A stretch of 64,000 bases of DNA from Camelus dromedarius (GCF_036321535.1 NC_087472.1:91452001-91516000); one strand, 5' to 3'; counted from the first letter of the stretch, positions 1-12,731 are shown. A program made the numbers and translations. Notes: generated by a model not told the origin, from the letters alone.

Positions 1-139
1 AACAAAGCAGATTAAACTACCGCAAGGGGAGAGATAAACTTCTTTATCTATTATAATAATTAACAACAGTATAGAATTCCCTGAGGTTCAGTACTGTACT
101 GCTGTAATTTATTGAATGACTATTGTATATTAAGTACTT

Positions 140-310
140 TTCATTTATTCATTCCACCAATTTTTTTTTTAGTGTCTTTTATGTGTCAGGCCCAGTTCTA
201 GGTGCTAGGGATGCAACAGTGAACTAAAAAGGTAAAATTTCCTGTCCTCGTAGAGCTTACATTTTAGTGGAGATGCAGAAAATAAATAGGCTAAAGAGGC
301 GAGATATATA
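140..310 (-). mobile_element. L2 LINE 3' end fragment
   Basis: ttcatttattc...atgtgtcaggcccagttctaggtgctagggatgcaacagtgaac...gagcttacattttagtgg resembles the reverse complement of the L2 3' terminus. Confidence 0.75.
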
Positions 311-390
311 GTGTGTTAGAACATAACAATCCTCATAACACTCATAAGAAATGAGAGTTACTACCTAACATTTCAGAAGAGGAACATATG

Positions 391-639
391 TATAATCTTG
401 TTTATCTATTCTACATATGCCTATCAGTATCTACAAATTTCGAACTCCCAGTCTGTCCCTTCCCACTCCCCTCCACAGGGAAATATATACAAGATCTTGT
501 GGTAGCTCACAGTGAAAAAGAATGCGACAATGAATGTAAGTATGTTCATGTATAACTGAAAAATTGTTCTCTACACTGGAAATTGACACAACACTGTAAA
601 CTAACTATAACTCAATATAAAATTTAGTTCAAAAAAAAA
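391..639 (+). mobile_element. Young L1 3' fragment with 5' inversion (twin priming)
   Basis: 391-~474 is antisense L1 3'UTR; ~475-639 is sense L1 3' end with A tail; TSD gaacatatg at 382-390 and 640-648; homologous to the L1 3' ends at 13600-13810 and 24530-24760. Confidence 0.85.
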
Positions 640-949
640 GAACATATGAACAAGATTACCTATAATTTTTGCCATCTCCTCCCTTTCCCACATGGTCTGC
701 TCACCCCTTTGTCAACACTGAGTATGTAACATATCCCAGCAGGAGAGACCAGGGCTACTACAGGGTGGTGGTGGGCCATGACGTTGTAGCACTTTCTACC
801 ACACGTGGTAGAACAATTTATGGCCCAGAGAGTAGAGTTGATGTCTACATGTTGAGCAGTAACAAGTTTGAAATCAAGTCCTCACTCAAAGTGCTGCACT
901 GATGATGGTAAGAGAACCTTCAAATGGGGGAACAGTCAAAGTACCATAG

Positions 950-1550
950 GGAGTGAAAAAAATATCTGCTGGATTTGGCAAGTAGGAGAATGTGAATATA
1001 TTTTTTTGCACCTGTAAGTTTTTAAATTGCTTATATGTATGATTTATTTATAAACATTTGAGTTTATTATCTAGAATTCATTGCATATTATATGGAATTG
1101 ATGTAAAATTTGTTAGATCATTGAAAAGTATCCAAATGTTACTAACCAAATATTCTTTTCTAAAAATTTATTTGTTTTAAATTTCTTTTTTTAAATACCT
1201 TTATTGTGGTATGATTCCTCTACAGTAAACTACACATATTTCAGATGCACAATTTGATGAATTTTGATAGATGTATACACTAGTGAACCCACTACCACAA
1301 TCAAGACAGCTAACATTTCCATCACTTCCCAAGAGATGTAAATTTTGAATTCCCAATTTATCCCTCCCCACCCACTTTAACCCCTGGTAACCACAAATTT
1401 GTTCTTTATATCTGTGAGTCTGTTTCTGCTTTGTAGATAAGTTCATTTGTGTCTTTTTTTTGAATGTGAATATTTTTTGAAGGCCAGTCTCAGTAGTGTG
1501 GAAGAGGCAGAAACCAGAATGCAGTAGCTTCAGCAGTGACAGAAAAGTAT
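950..1550 (-). mobile_element. L2 fragment split by a later insertion (1000-1461)
   Basis: ggatttggcaagtaggag (~971-988) joins to gaaggccagtctcagtagtgtggaagaggcagaaaccagaatgcag (~1479-1525), giving continuous L2-like sequence. Confidence 0.6.
1000..1461 (-). mobile_element. Composite L1-mediated insertion: young L1 3'UTR piece (1338-1461), old L1M 3' end (~1197-1335) and unique sequence (~1008-1195)
   Basis: Direct repeat gaatgtgaatat at 988-999 and 1462-1473; T tract at 1001-1007; minus-strand AATAAA at 1043-1048. Confidence 0.65.
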
Positions 1551-3899
1551 GCAAAGCTAAGTAACATATAATAGAGGAGTTGATGCTTTGTGTTATGGAG
1601 TCAAAAAAAAGAAAATTTCATTATGGCTGAAGGAAGCATGGAGCTCTCCATGAAAGAGCAGACAGTGAGAAACTGTGAAGATTCAAGTGAAGAGAGGAAG
1701 GAGAGAAAACAAATGATAAGAAAGGAACAGAGTATGCAAAGACGAAGAAGTAGGAAGTGAAAAAAAAGTCAGTACGTTTGGGATAAGTGGCCAATAAGAA
1801 TGGAAAATTAGGCTAGGTATAGGTCATTAAGCTCCTAGAATACCACAGAAATTTTAACCAAATGATTAAGTTTAGTCCTAAAGAATTAGACTGTAGCAAA
1901 TTTTATTTATTTTGAAAAGATTCTCATTAAACAAAACATATCAGCTTGTAGTAATAAATATTTTGGTCAAGCATCCCCCAAATAATAATCACATTTCAAA
2001 GGAAAATTGATGAATTTTAAAGTATGTTTACAGGGCACAGGAAGCATGTGGTAGGGTTATAAGAGCCAATTATACTGCCTATCACAAGATGGTGCCGTAT
2101 ATATTTCTGTGACTCTGGCTGCCAATTTATTTTTAAATTATAGTATTTTCACACATATGTATTATTCCTTAAACATTTCCCTGGAACTGAAATGAAACAT
2201 GGCCTTATTTATATTGGACATGTCACCTATACAGCATTCAATAGGATTTTTTTCCCAAAGGGCACTGAGAGCTAATTAACTAATCAAGTATAGTCCATTA
2301 AGTAGTAAACCAGTACATCATATCTTATTCAGGATTTCACCTTGCTCTAACAACAGTATTGACCTTCAATACCTGGAAAGTGCAGCACTCAACTGGAACA
2401 ACTGCTAGACTTCTTCTAAGTTCTAGAAAGTTAAATAACTTGTTTATACTCTTTCAAACATCCTGTGGCTTTAACCAATTTTAGTTATATTTGAGGAAAA
2501 GATCACTATAAACCTAAGTCATAATGTTAACTTTAAGGGTACTTAAGGCCTGAAAATATTTCCCAACAACATTCTCGATGTTTTTTTACTATGGCAAATA
2601 CTAGTGCTTGTCTCCCCAATACCCAGACCTCTCCCCAGTGTTCCGTGATGACAAAGCACAACTTATGTAACAGAGGCTGAGAGAGGTCATTAATGCAATT
2701 TACCGACCACAGACTACAGTCTGAATCTCGTCCTCTGTTTCTCCTCATTTTGTCTATACTCTAGCCATAATGAAACTTTTGAACTTTTTGAGATACATCA
2801 TGTTCTCTCATGTCTCTTTGTGTTTTCAGATGCTGTTCTGTCTACTACATGGAACACGTTTCTTCCATATCTTAACTTGACTAAATCTTAACCATCTTCA
2901 AGACCCAGCTTAGACTTTCAGTACTTCAAGTTGGGATGGGTGGTCTATGTATGTCAGAGCACAATCCTCTTCTGGCATATAATTTACTTAATAAACAGGC
3001 AGTTAACACTTATTATGTGCCAGGCATTGTTCTTCACAATTATGAACTCTCCTAGCAACCATATGATATATCTGCTACTCCATTATCAGCACACTGTTTT
3101 ATAACTACTGGTATTTTTGTTGATTTTCTCCCTTCTATGACAGGGCCTGGATTATGTTATAGTCATCTCTGAACCTAGCACAGTAAGTATTCAACACAGG
3201 CTTGCAAAATGAATATATTTATCAACTATACAAAAAGTCATTCAGAGTTAAGGTAAGTTTAGATGAGACTGGGATAGAGGATCAAAAGAAGGCTGGCATA
3301 TGTGGTTCTGAGGGAAAAAGGAAGAGTAGGATTCATGCCTGAAGACTCCTTGTGAACAGGGAGTCTCGTGTAGGCACTGGCTCCCCAAAAGTGCAACAAA
3401 CAAGATGAGGGAGCAACAAATGAGAACAACAGAAGAAACACAAGCCTTACCTACTTTATAGTTTTGTCCAGCATAATCTCTGAGGACAAGGCTGATGAAT
3501 CCAAGGCCAGGGAGTTGTATTTCCTAGGTTGCCACAGAATCCAAAGACCTTCAGTCTGTAACAAACAAAGAATTATTAGGTTCAGGGAACTAGTTACCAC
3601 TTTCACCCTTTGGTAAGATGGCAGCTAACTTGCTGAGAAGTTGCAACTCTTCCCACCGTTAAAGACTTCTGGGAAGGACAGTGTAGCATCTCCCTTAATA
3701 GACTGCTTCAGAGTTTGTTCTTACTAGTAGCTAACTTAGGTTTCTGATAAATTTTTGAGCTAATTTCTTTAAATAACTTTTGTAGAGGTAGAAAACAACT
3801 GATCAAAATGTTCGATAAATCTTCTATATTTGCAGAGGATGTTTTCTTGAGCTCATATAATAGGGAAGACCTCAAACTATTCACCTGTAAATTAATAGT

Positions 3900-4060
3900 A
3901 GTTAACATTTATTGTCAGTTAGGCATTGCATTTTACATGGAAAAAGATCTCATTTAATCCTTACATGATGGTGTGAATGAGGTACTATTATTAACCTCAT
4001 TTTTGTAGATGAGAAAACTCAGCCACAGAGAAGATAAGCAACTTATGCAACGTGCCTAAT
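3900..4060 (-). mobile_element. MIR SINE
   Basis: tctcatttaatcc...gaggtactattattaacctcatttttgtagatgagaaaactcagccacagagaag, the MIR core. Confidence 0.75.
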
Positions 4061-4368
4061 GAATACACAATTAATTTTCCCCTAATTCTTACCACCTCCA
4101 CCTTTAATAAAAACAGAATCATTGATTAGGGTTAAAGCTGGGACAGGTTCTGGGAATTTAGTTATTTAAAATGATGATTTCTGAATCCCAAGCCCAGATA
4201 TTCTCTTGTGTAATAAAATATCTTCCTATAAAGAATGGGTATTAGTCAGCCTGTTTTTCAAAATTTTAGCAGCCTCTCCAGACATAGTCTATCCAGGAAT
4301 TAATTGAACTTAAGTATTTACTTTTTACATGGGGGTGACTTAGAGATATTTTAAGAGTGCTTATTCTT

Positions 4369-5105
4369 GGAAATGCAAATGAAAACTATAGTAAGATACC
4401 ACTCCAAACCACTAGAATGGCTACAATTAAAAGACAGATAATATCAAGTGTTGGTGAAGATACGGAGAAATGAGAACCCTCCTATATTGCTGGTGGGAGG
4501 TAAAATGGTGTAGTCAGTTTGGAAAACAGTTTGGTGGCTGCTTAAACTGTTAAGCATTGAATTGCCATACGCCCAATCAATTCTACTTCTAGGTATATAC
4601 CAAAGAGAACTGAAAACACACATGTACACAAAAATAAGTACATGAACAGTTCATCACAGTATTATTCAAAACAGCCAAAGGGTGGAAACAACTAAAATGT
4701 CTATCAACTGATGAATGGATAAACAAAACTGTGGCATATCCGTACAATGGCATTATTATTCAGCTATAAAAAGTAATAAAGTACTGATGCATTCTTACAA
4801 TACCTGGATAAACTTTGAAAATATTACGTTAAATGAAAGAAGACTATCACAAAAGACCACACTGTATGATTCCATTTATATGAAATGTCCGGAATAGGCA
4901 AATCTACAGAGACAGAAAGGAGACTAGTCATTGCCTAGGGATGGAAGGATGGGGGAAATAGCAGGAGACTAGCAATGGGTATGCGGTTTCTTTTGGGGGT
5001 GATGAAAATGTTCAAAAATTGTTTGTGATGATGGAGGCACAACTCTGTGAATATACTAAAAACCACTGAATTGTCCAGTTTAAATGAGTAAATTTACAGT
5101 ATGCC
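4369..5105 (+). mobile_element. Old L1 (L1MB-like) ORF2 end and 3'UTR
   Basis: gaaatgcaaatgaaaact...ggaaaacagtttgg...gaatggataaacaaaactgtgg...tgtatgattccatttatatgaaatgtcc...gtgaatatactaaaaacc. Confidence 0.85.
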
Positions 5106-6618
5106 AAAAAACTTCATAAAAAAGTGTTTATCCACCTTTGCTCCCAACAAAACTTATTACCATTAGGTCATCTGATTGGTTTCCATGGCAATGATATGAG
5201 AGTTTAGTTGTTTTCTATTTTCATTACAGGTCACTTCAGTCAATTGTTGGGCATGAAACAAAACAATAAAAATAATTCTCAATGGGGAGTAGAAGTTAGG
5301 AAATGTTCTTTCTTCCACTTTACTGCTCCTGAGTCAGCCCTATGCCTTAGATTTTAAGGCTTAGAAGCTTAATTTGTTTTTCCTTGACCCAATGGCAGCA
5401 AAGCAGTAAGTAATGCCAAGAACCGATTTTAAGAAGGAAGCTTCATCTCCAAGGAATTAGATCACAGAACTGGCCTGACAACTCCCTTACCCCTCAATAC
5501 ACATCCCAGACGTTTCTCAAAGAATGGGAAACTATTCTCACGACTTTATCTTATCAGTACAGTGACATCCCCTTGAATACCAAGTCCTTTTCTTGTTCTT
5601 AAGAGCACAAGCCATTCTGAATGTCAAAAAGATATGGGAAATATGTTTATACTCACACTTGTATGTAACCCAACTTCAGTAAGTGGTATCTCAAAGGAGA
5701 AAATGCATGAGCCCAGGGATAATTCTCAATTACATTTTATATCACAGCTTGGATAATTGAGTGGCCTTTCTCCAACTCAACAGCTGACACAGTGGGAGGC
5801 ACACTTTGAAATGAATAGTGGGAAGAGTTATCTGGCTCCGAGTGGGCAGAATAGAAAGCATGAGAAAAGAAATATTCATTGCATTTCGAATGTGTGCAGA
5901 ATATTCCAGATTTTCCAGAGGGATGAATCAGAAGCCAGGGAAGTGGGAAACAGTCTGTCAAGAAATGGGTCATAGCAGGGTAACCTAGTTGGTGGCACCC
6001 TGTTGGGCATTAGTGCCTCCTGAGGTCAAAACAATAGCGCTTTATTAACAATATGTACCCAGAACTGTCAGTTTTTTTTCAGAATATGGATTAAGTGTCT
6101 CACTAAATGAACATAATGAACACTGATTTTTTTTGCCATGACTGTGTTTATTAACCATTCCTCCCTTGTCCTAGGATTGCTGGATGCTAACTTGAGAAAT
6201 GCTTAATTGGAGAAATATTTGGAAGATAAATTAATCAAGATTGTTGATTGTTTAAGTGTACAGTGAGGGAGAAGGTGAAGAATCACAAAGATTCCTCTAT
6301 TCTCAGCTGAGAGATCATCCTGTGCAAAGAAGCTTAAATTAATTTTACAAGATCAGTTCACCAGAGATATTCTAATGCCAGTGAGTGGCGCTTATGTGGG
6401 AAAGAAAAGGGATATATCATTTGTGGAATGCTGTTTCTGTGGTGATCTCCAAGTTGATACCTTGCAGACCAATTTTCACTCAAATACAACAAAGATATTT
6501 CTGTAAGGCACAGTTATTTGAAAATAAAATGCATCACTTTGGGAGGAAGAAAACATCTCAGCAGTGGAAGGGTTCAAGGAAAGGCTTATAATTTGACCTT
6601 CCTTGGGGATGATGTAGA

Positions 6619-6969
6619 CAATGCTTCTCAAATGTTAAGGTGCTGGGAATCACCTGGGGATTTTGTTAAAATGTATGTTGCTTCACTAGGTCCGGGCTGG
6701 GGGCTGAGATTACATTTCTTAAAAACTCCTGGGTGTTGGGGGGTATAGCTCAAGTGGTAGGGTGCATGATTAGTATGCATAAGGTCCTAGGTTCAATCCC
6801 CAGTACAGCCTCCAAAAATAAACACATAAATAAACCTAATTACCTCCCCCCACAAAAAACCTAATAAGTAAATAGTCACCTAGAAAATATAAAGAAAAAA
6901 ATATTTAAAAATCAAAAACTCCTGGGTGATGCTGTTGCTGGCCCACAGGCCACACTTTGTATAGAAAGG
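6619..6969. mobile_element. MER5-like hAT-Charlie MITE, interrupted by a SINE
   Basis: cttctcaaa...gaatcacctggggattttgttaaaatg...ctcctgggtgatgctgttgctggcccacaggccacacttt. Confidence 0.75.
6736..6913 (+). mobile_element. tRNA-derived SINE (Vic-1-like)
   Basis: A box tagctcaagtgg, B box ggttcaatccc, A-rich tail; exact 15-bp TSD aaaaactcctgggtg at 6721-6735 and 6914-6928. Confidence 0.9.
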
Positions 6970-6974
6970 ACGTA

Positions 6975-7215
6975 GAGCAAGTCTCAATCTATCTCTGGTC
7001 ATGAAATCAATGCAATGGGCTGTTATAAAGATTAGACACAGATATCAAATAGAATAAAATGAAACACCTGAATTCACTGCACAGAGTAAGTACTGTTTTA
7101 TGGAAGTGCTGTTTCAGTTATGTGCAGTTATGATCCAGTTTGTATGTACTATATCATAATGCATCCTATATTTCTTTGTTAACCTGGGTCACAGCAAAAA
7201 CATTAGAATGCTATC
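6975..7215. mobile_element. Ancient hAT-Charlie-type MER element
   Basis: ggtcatgaaatcaatgcaatggg...gtaagtactgttttatggaa...gtttcagttatgtg...tgggtcacagcaaaaa resembles a recalled consensus; subfamily uncertain. Confidence 0.55.
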
Positions 7216-8714
7216 ATTGAGGAGGAGACTTATATTAACAGGTTGAATTAGAGAACTGCTTAGGTTTCTCCCTATTTTGAAATTCTAATATTCAGGGCAA
7301 TCTTATGTCTCTTATTCAAATCTCTCACTCTAGCATTTACAGAATATTCCAAGAGGCTTGTCCATCATCCACATTAACTTCATCCTCATGCTGGGAACCC
7401 ATAATGTTGAACATGGCAAAGCATTGTGTAAAGATGTGTCTTTCCCCGTAGTTAGTGCTGTGATGGAAAAGCCTTGAGATAGTTCCTGCTTCCAGGGTGG
7501 ATTTTTGGTTCTTGTTTCTGTTATTGTTTTGATGCTGGGGTCATTTGTTTAATGACAAGGGGCTGTTAACATCAGTTTGTGAATTGCAGGCAAAGCTATT
7601 TGGAAGTAAAATAAGAACCTAAAAGAGTTAATGTCTTTTCCAAAGCTACCTTATTTACAAGGTCATAATTCAAATTCTAAATAAATCAGGCTAATTATTT
7701 TTTAAGTGAACAAAGATTGCATTTGAAATTCAATCAAGATACAGTGACACTTTTGTTACCTCTGTAATTTATAATTTGTACCAAAAATATCTTAGTTTAA
7801 AAGACTATAAGCTTTCCAAGGGTACCAATATGTCTACAAACACACAAACACATACACATGCACGCTGTTTGTAAATTTAGTGTTGGAGGAGAACAACCAA
7901 AGGTAAGTGAAAACAGCTGCAAATGTTTTAATAGGGTATTTCAGTTTGGATTTTTATTATTCCAATAGTTGGAAGGGTAAGTTTGCTGCCTGAGAAGCAC
8001 TCACTAATATGACTTCTCATGTCAGCATCTGAATCGAAGGAGTTAGGTCCTACCATGCCAGTTCATGTGACTTCTCCAATAAACACCTTGCACTGTTTGA
8101 ATTATGTTAATTATAAAAGTGGCACATACAACATTTAAAAAACATATAAAATATCCACTATTTCTGCATGTTATAGTTATTTTCCTACATTACCAGATAA
8201 TTTTTCATTTAAAAACATGAGCTGTTTCAAATAACCTGGGTGAAATCAACACAGTATTTCCCTCTTAGTTAAAAAATAACTAGGTCCAAGTAATGACTAC
8301 CAATACTAGAAACATCTAATTTGATCTTAAGGCATTTCAACAAAATCTGAATGTTCTGATGCAGAAAATGGGGTTTGGGAATTCTAGCCACTGAAGCTCA
8401 AAATGCATCAACTCTGGGGAGAAATACAAATAACTGAATGCCCTCAACAACATCTGAATGGAATGCAGAAAATAATTTCTCTTGATTCCTTCTCAGTCAT
8501 TTACAGTCTTCTCTTCACCTACTAAGCCCATACTCAGCAGGGTGCTAGGTGTGTTAAGAAATACAGGATAAACATGAACTGAGCCCTGTCTAGAAATCCC
8601 TTTCAGCTGGCTTTTCTAAATTAGTAGAATTTCAGAGATGGAAGGTCAAATGGATAGATACTCAATTCAATTGAACAAATTTGCATTTAGCTGGGGTGGA
8701 TACTGACATTCTCT

Positions 8715-8868
8715 CTCTCTCTTTTTCTTTTTCTTTCTTTTTTTTTTTTTTTATAGGGGGAGGTAATTAGGTTTATTTATTTATTCTTAGAGGAGGTACT
8801 GGGGATTGAACCCAGGACCTAATGCATGCTAAGCATGCGCTCTACCACTTGAGCTATACCCTCCCCCC
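8715..8868 (-). mobile_element. tRNA-derived SINE (Vic-1-like), young
   Basis: Reverse complement reads ggggagggtatagctcaagtggtagagcgcatgcttagcatgc...ggttcaatccccagtacc...aataaacctaattacctcc plus poly(A); TSD acattctct at 8706-8714 and 8870-8878. Confidence 0.92.
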
Positions 8869-10654
8869 AACATTCTCTTCTTATTCTCAGTTACATTAGT
8901 ATTTGGCATACTCTTAATGTGGCTAAACATAAAATTAAGGGTAGTCCATGTTTTAAGGGACCAACAATTTACAAGCTAACGAACTGTCTTCTATTTACAT
9001 TTCAAATACTCAAGCTAATTGTTTACATGCCAAGCTATGCCTTGATTACAGGTCAGTAAGAACACATTACAAAAAAATGGGATTGCCAAAGCATGCTTGA
9101 ATTTTACAAGTTTCACATTTCATATCAGTGAGCTAGCCTGAGTCAGTATTTTCATACTGAAACACCAGATAACACACTGTCTCATTTGACCATATATCTC
9201 ATTAGAACTATTTAGAGTTGGACTTTGGATGGAAGGATACTTCATGGACATCTTAATTGCCCTACCCTACTTCAGGCAATGGCTAGTCTGAATGTGGTAT
9301 GTGTATATAGTGGCTATAGTTGTAGTATTCACCTTCAGATGATATAATATTTGGAAATTTACTTGTTATTTTGAATTACAGAAAGAAATGGGGGCAATGT
9401 GTAAATTTAGAAGTTTAACACTAATAGTATCTCTTCCTTCAATGTATTTGATAAAGATGATTATAGGTGGATTAGGCCTAATTCCAAGAAGCATGCTTGT
9501 CAATGAAACCAAGCCTTCACCTGAGTTGGGTATACAAAAATCAGGTTAGAATCAGTTGGGTCTTAATTACAATGTCCAAAGTCTAAGACTCCATGAAGAT
9601 CAATAACCCAAGAAATGCCACAGATTTTTAGCTAATGCATGCTAGAGTTGTTGATGAATAATAATGACCTCTTAATCCCAGATACCGTTTACAGTATAAC
9701 AGTCTTTTAGAGATCTACCACAAAGGTGTAAAATACTAAAAATTTCAGCTAAAGTGCTAAAAATTTCAGTTATTAGAAGATACCAGTGGGGAAGAGATTT
9801 GGGGAAGGGCCATCCTTTCAAATAGTATATTTATAGATGTCCAAACAATAGATTGCCTGGAACTAGTATGTAAAGAAATATTTTTTAATTGAAAACATTC
9901 AAAACGAAGGAGAAAATCCATATTTAATTAACATCTCACTGCCAAGATCCAATCATTTTACATAATTGTTAGATAATCCCTGCAATATGTTTATATAAAT
10001 GATTGCTAAATATAATTAAAATATATTTTTTAAGCTTTGCTTTTTTTCTGTCTCTCTTCTCATTGTCATCTTGGTGAATGAGAACTATGCACATACCATG
10101 TATATAAAAATAATGATTTTTCTCTTCTCCAAATTCGGTTTCTATAATTTTCTTTTCAGTTTCAAGTCATATACAAAATGGAAAGGAAGCAAGGCAGAAC
10201 TTACTGATTTCAAAATTTCCAAGTCATAATTAATTGAAGTGCCACTTTATAATTCTTCACAAACAAAAGGCGGTAAGAAAAGTAAAATGGTTTGTTTATC
10301 ACTACAATTTTTCAGCTGCTATAAAAGAAGCATTTTTTCCAGATAAAAGGTACACACACTTACATACACACATTACACAAACTGAATTGTGTTGCTTTGA
10401 CTTCCATTCAGCACAATAGTTCAATATAGTTGAATAAAATGTTCACAGTAAAATCCTCTAAACAGATTCAGAGTACTAAGCCAGTATGGACTTAGCTATG
10501 GTTCATTAATCTTTCAGGGAAACACAAGAGCAAAAGATAAATTGGGAGCCATGTCGAATCATAAAGTTTCACCACTTTTTAACTTTAATAAAATGACACA
10601 AAATATAAAAATGACATGTTCAAAGGCATCCAAATACCTACTTGTTGAATTGAC

Positions 10655-10770
10655 TTATTATTTTGTCATTTGCTACAGATGAAGAAACTGAGGCACAGAG
10701 ACAATTAACCAGGTCCTACTAGGGTCTGAGCAGTGCCAAATCCTGACTTCAAGGTTAGGGCTATTTCCTC
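10655..10770 (-). mobile_element. MIR SINE
   Basis: acagatgaagaaactgaggcacagaga core. Confidence 0.7.
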
Positions 10771-12216
10771 TAAGATCATGGAAATGGCAAGAACTCAGGA
10801 ACTGAAGGTGGGAGGAGAGTGAATACAATTCTGCTGCATTTTAGACAGTACTGGAGCATACAGTAATGTCTTTTGCAGAAATAGGAAGATAATATTGGGA
10901 TTAAAATTATATTTTTTAAGGTTGAAGTGCTCCCTGGAGGATGAGGTGGGTATGAGGGAGGTAATAAAAGGCCATAATCAAACCTGGCAAAATCTCTGTG
11001 TGTTGAAATAGTATCCTGTAATGTGAAGTAAATAAAACAGAAAATAGAAAGACCTTGATCATCCTTGGTCTGTTATCTGAAGTGAGTTCATTACTAGTTA
11101 TCATTTACACAAATTAATCCACATCCCTAACTTTTTCTGGATAATGAAGGTTATTCCACACTTACTACACTTTTGCAGAGATCTGGCAACACAAAGAAAG
11201 TAGTTTTATGCTATTTTTCATTAAGAAGATAATTATGAACTTTGTACATCCTTCTCCATTTGTATTCTTTTAAAGGTTAACCTTAGCCTTGTACATGTTG
11301 TTTTGTTTCGTGTCCTTGTGCCTGTTTTAATCTTAAATAAAGGGATAAGAATTGCTACTTTTTTTTTTTTAAAGGGGGAAAAATCTGAAAAGCAACTTCA
11401 ACAAACCCAAATACTGCAGTAGTTTTATTCCACTTCACTAACCTCTCTTACTTGTTAGGAGCTTTGATTTGAGCTAACAAGGTTATCAGATTGTGTGTCT
11501 ATTGTCCTGTTATGACTTCCTTGGCTAGGTTCCTGCCTTAAACAGTGCTGATGTGATGTTTTGTTCAGGCGGCAGCACAAGAGGGAGCAGGAGGAGGAGG
11601 GTCTACAGAGGGGGACAGAGTCACAAAGCTGTCAAGGCCTTCCCAGTGGTGAAGCTGTAGCAACTGCTACCTATGGTCAATTCTAATCAGTGCCTCAATG
11701 TGCTGACCTTAGGCCCAGGTCCCCTTTGTCGGCACAGAAAGGGGGGCTGAAACTCTGTATGCTTTGTTCTTTTGAAGTGAATGCAGAGAGCAGCCCACAG
11801 AAGAAATAGAATGAAAGACGGTAAGGAAGAATTAGCAAGAGAAACACTGAATCTGGTCAAGGTAAAAGGAACTCAGGCCTCAATTCAGCACTGACCTATT
11901 TTTCTACTGATTCTCAATTCCATAATCACTCTCCACACTGCTCTAGATAAATCCTCCAAGGGATGAAGGCGATTGTATTTAGCAAAGGAGTTTAAATAAA
12001 ACATTGTATGAAACCATATCTAATCAGCTAATGAAAAATAGCATGCATATTTGTTGATATCTCCCCAAGGTTCTTGGTGTCCTACTGTGCCTCTATTGTC
12101 TTTGTCAAAAATGAAGTCTTGGCAGTATGAATAAAAGAAGTGTTTGAGTGGAAGCTAAGTGTTTTAGAAACCTCTTTAGCTAGTTTTACTAACAATCCTA
12201 AATTACAATTGTCACG

Positions 12217-12731
12217 TGTATCAGTTTCCTATTGCTGCTATAACAAATTATCACAATCTTAGTGGCTGAAATCAACATGAGTTTATTCTCTTACAATTCT
12301 GGAGGTCAGAAGTCCAAAATAGGTGTCACTGCACTAAAATCAAGGTGTTGGCAGGGCTATGTTCCTTCTGGAGGCCCCAGAGGAAAATCTGAGTTCTTGC
12401 CTTTTCTGGATTCTAGAGGTTGCCTATATTTCTTAGCTGGTTACAGCCTCTGATCTTTAAAGTTAGTAATGACCAGTTGAGTCTTTTTCATGTTGCCATC
12501 TCTCCGGGTCTGACTTTTCTGCTTCTCACTTTTACATTTAAGGGGCCCTTGTGATTACATTGGGTCCACCCAGTAGTTGATCAAGGAAAATATCTTTATC
12601 CTAAAGTTAGATGATTGGAAACCTTAATTCGACCTGCAACCTTGTCTCCTGCCATGTAACATAACACATTCACAGATTCTAGGGACTCAGATGTGGGTAT
12701 CTTTTGAGGGGGCAGTATTTTGCCTACTACA
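12217..12731 (-). mobile_element. MaLR solo LTR (MLT1D-like)
   Basis: tgtatcagtttcctattgctgctataacaaatta...tctggaggtcagaagtcc...tgcctactaca; TG...CA termini. Confidence 0.85.

Noticed and set aside
3708..3908. 66-aa minus-strand ORF with an acceptor-like start
   Set aside because: No recognisable homology, weak pyrimidine tract, and it abuts a MIR; consistent with chance.
6736..6815. tRNA-like sequence (also at 8790-8868 and 36685-36755)
   Set aside because: These are SINE heads followed by a SINE body, A tail and TSD, not tRNA genes.
9736..9769. Short direct repeat ctaaaaatttcag (similar micro-duplications near 15830-15885 and 62080-62105)
   Set aside because: Two-copy slippage duplications in AT-rich DNA; not an array and not CRISPR-like.
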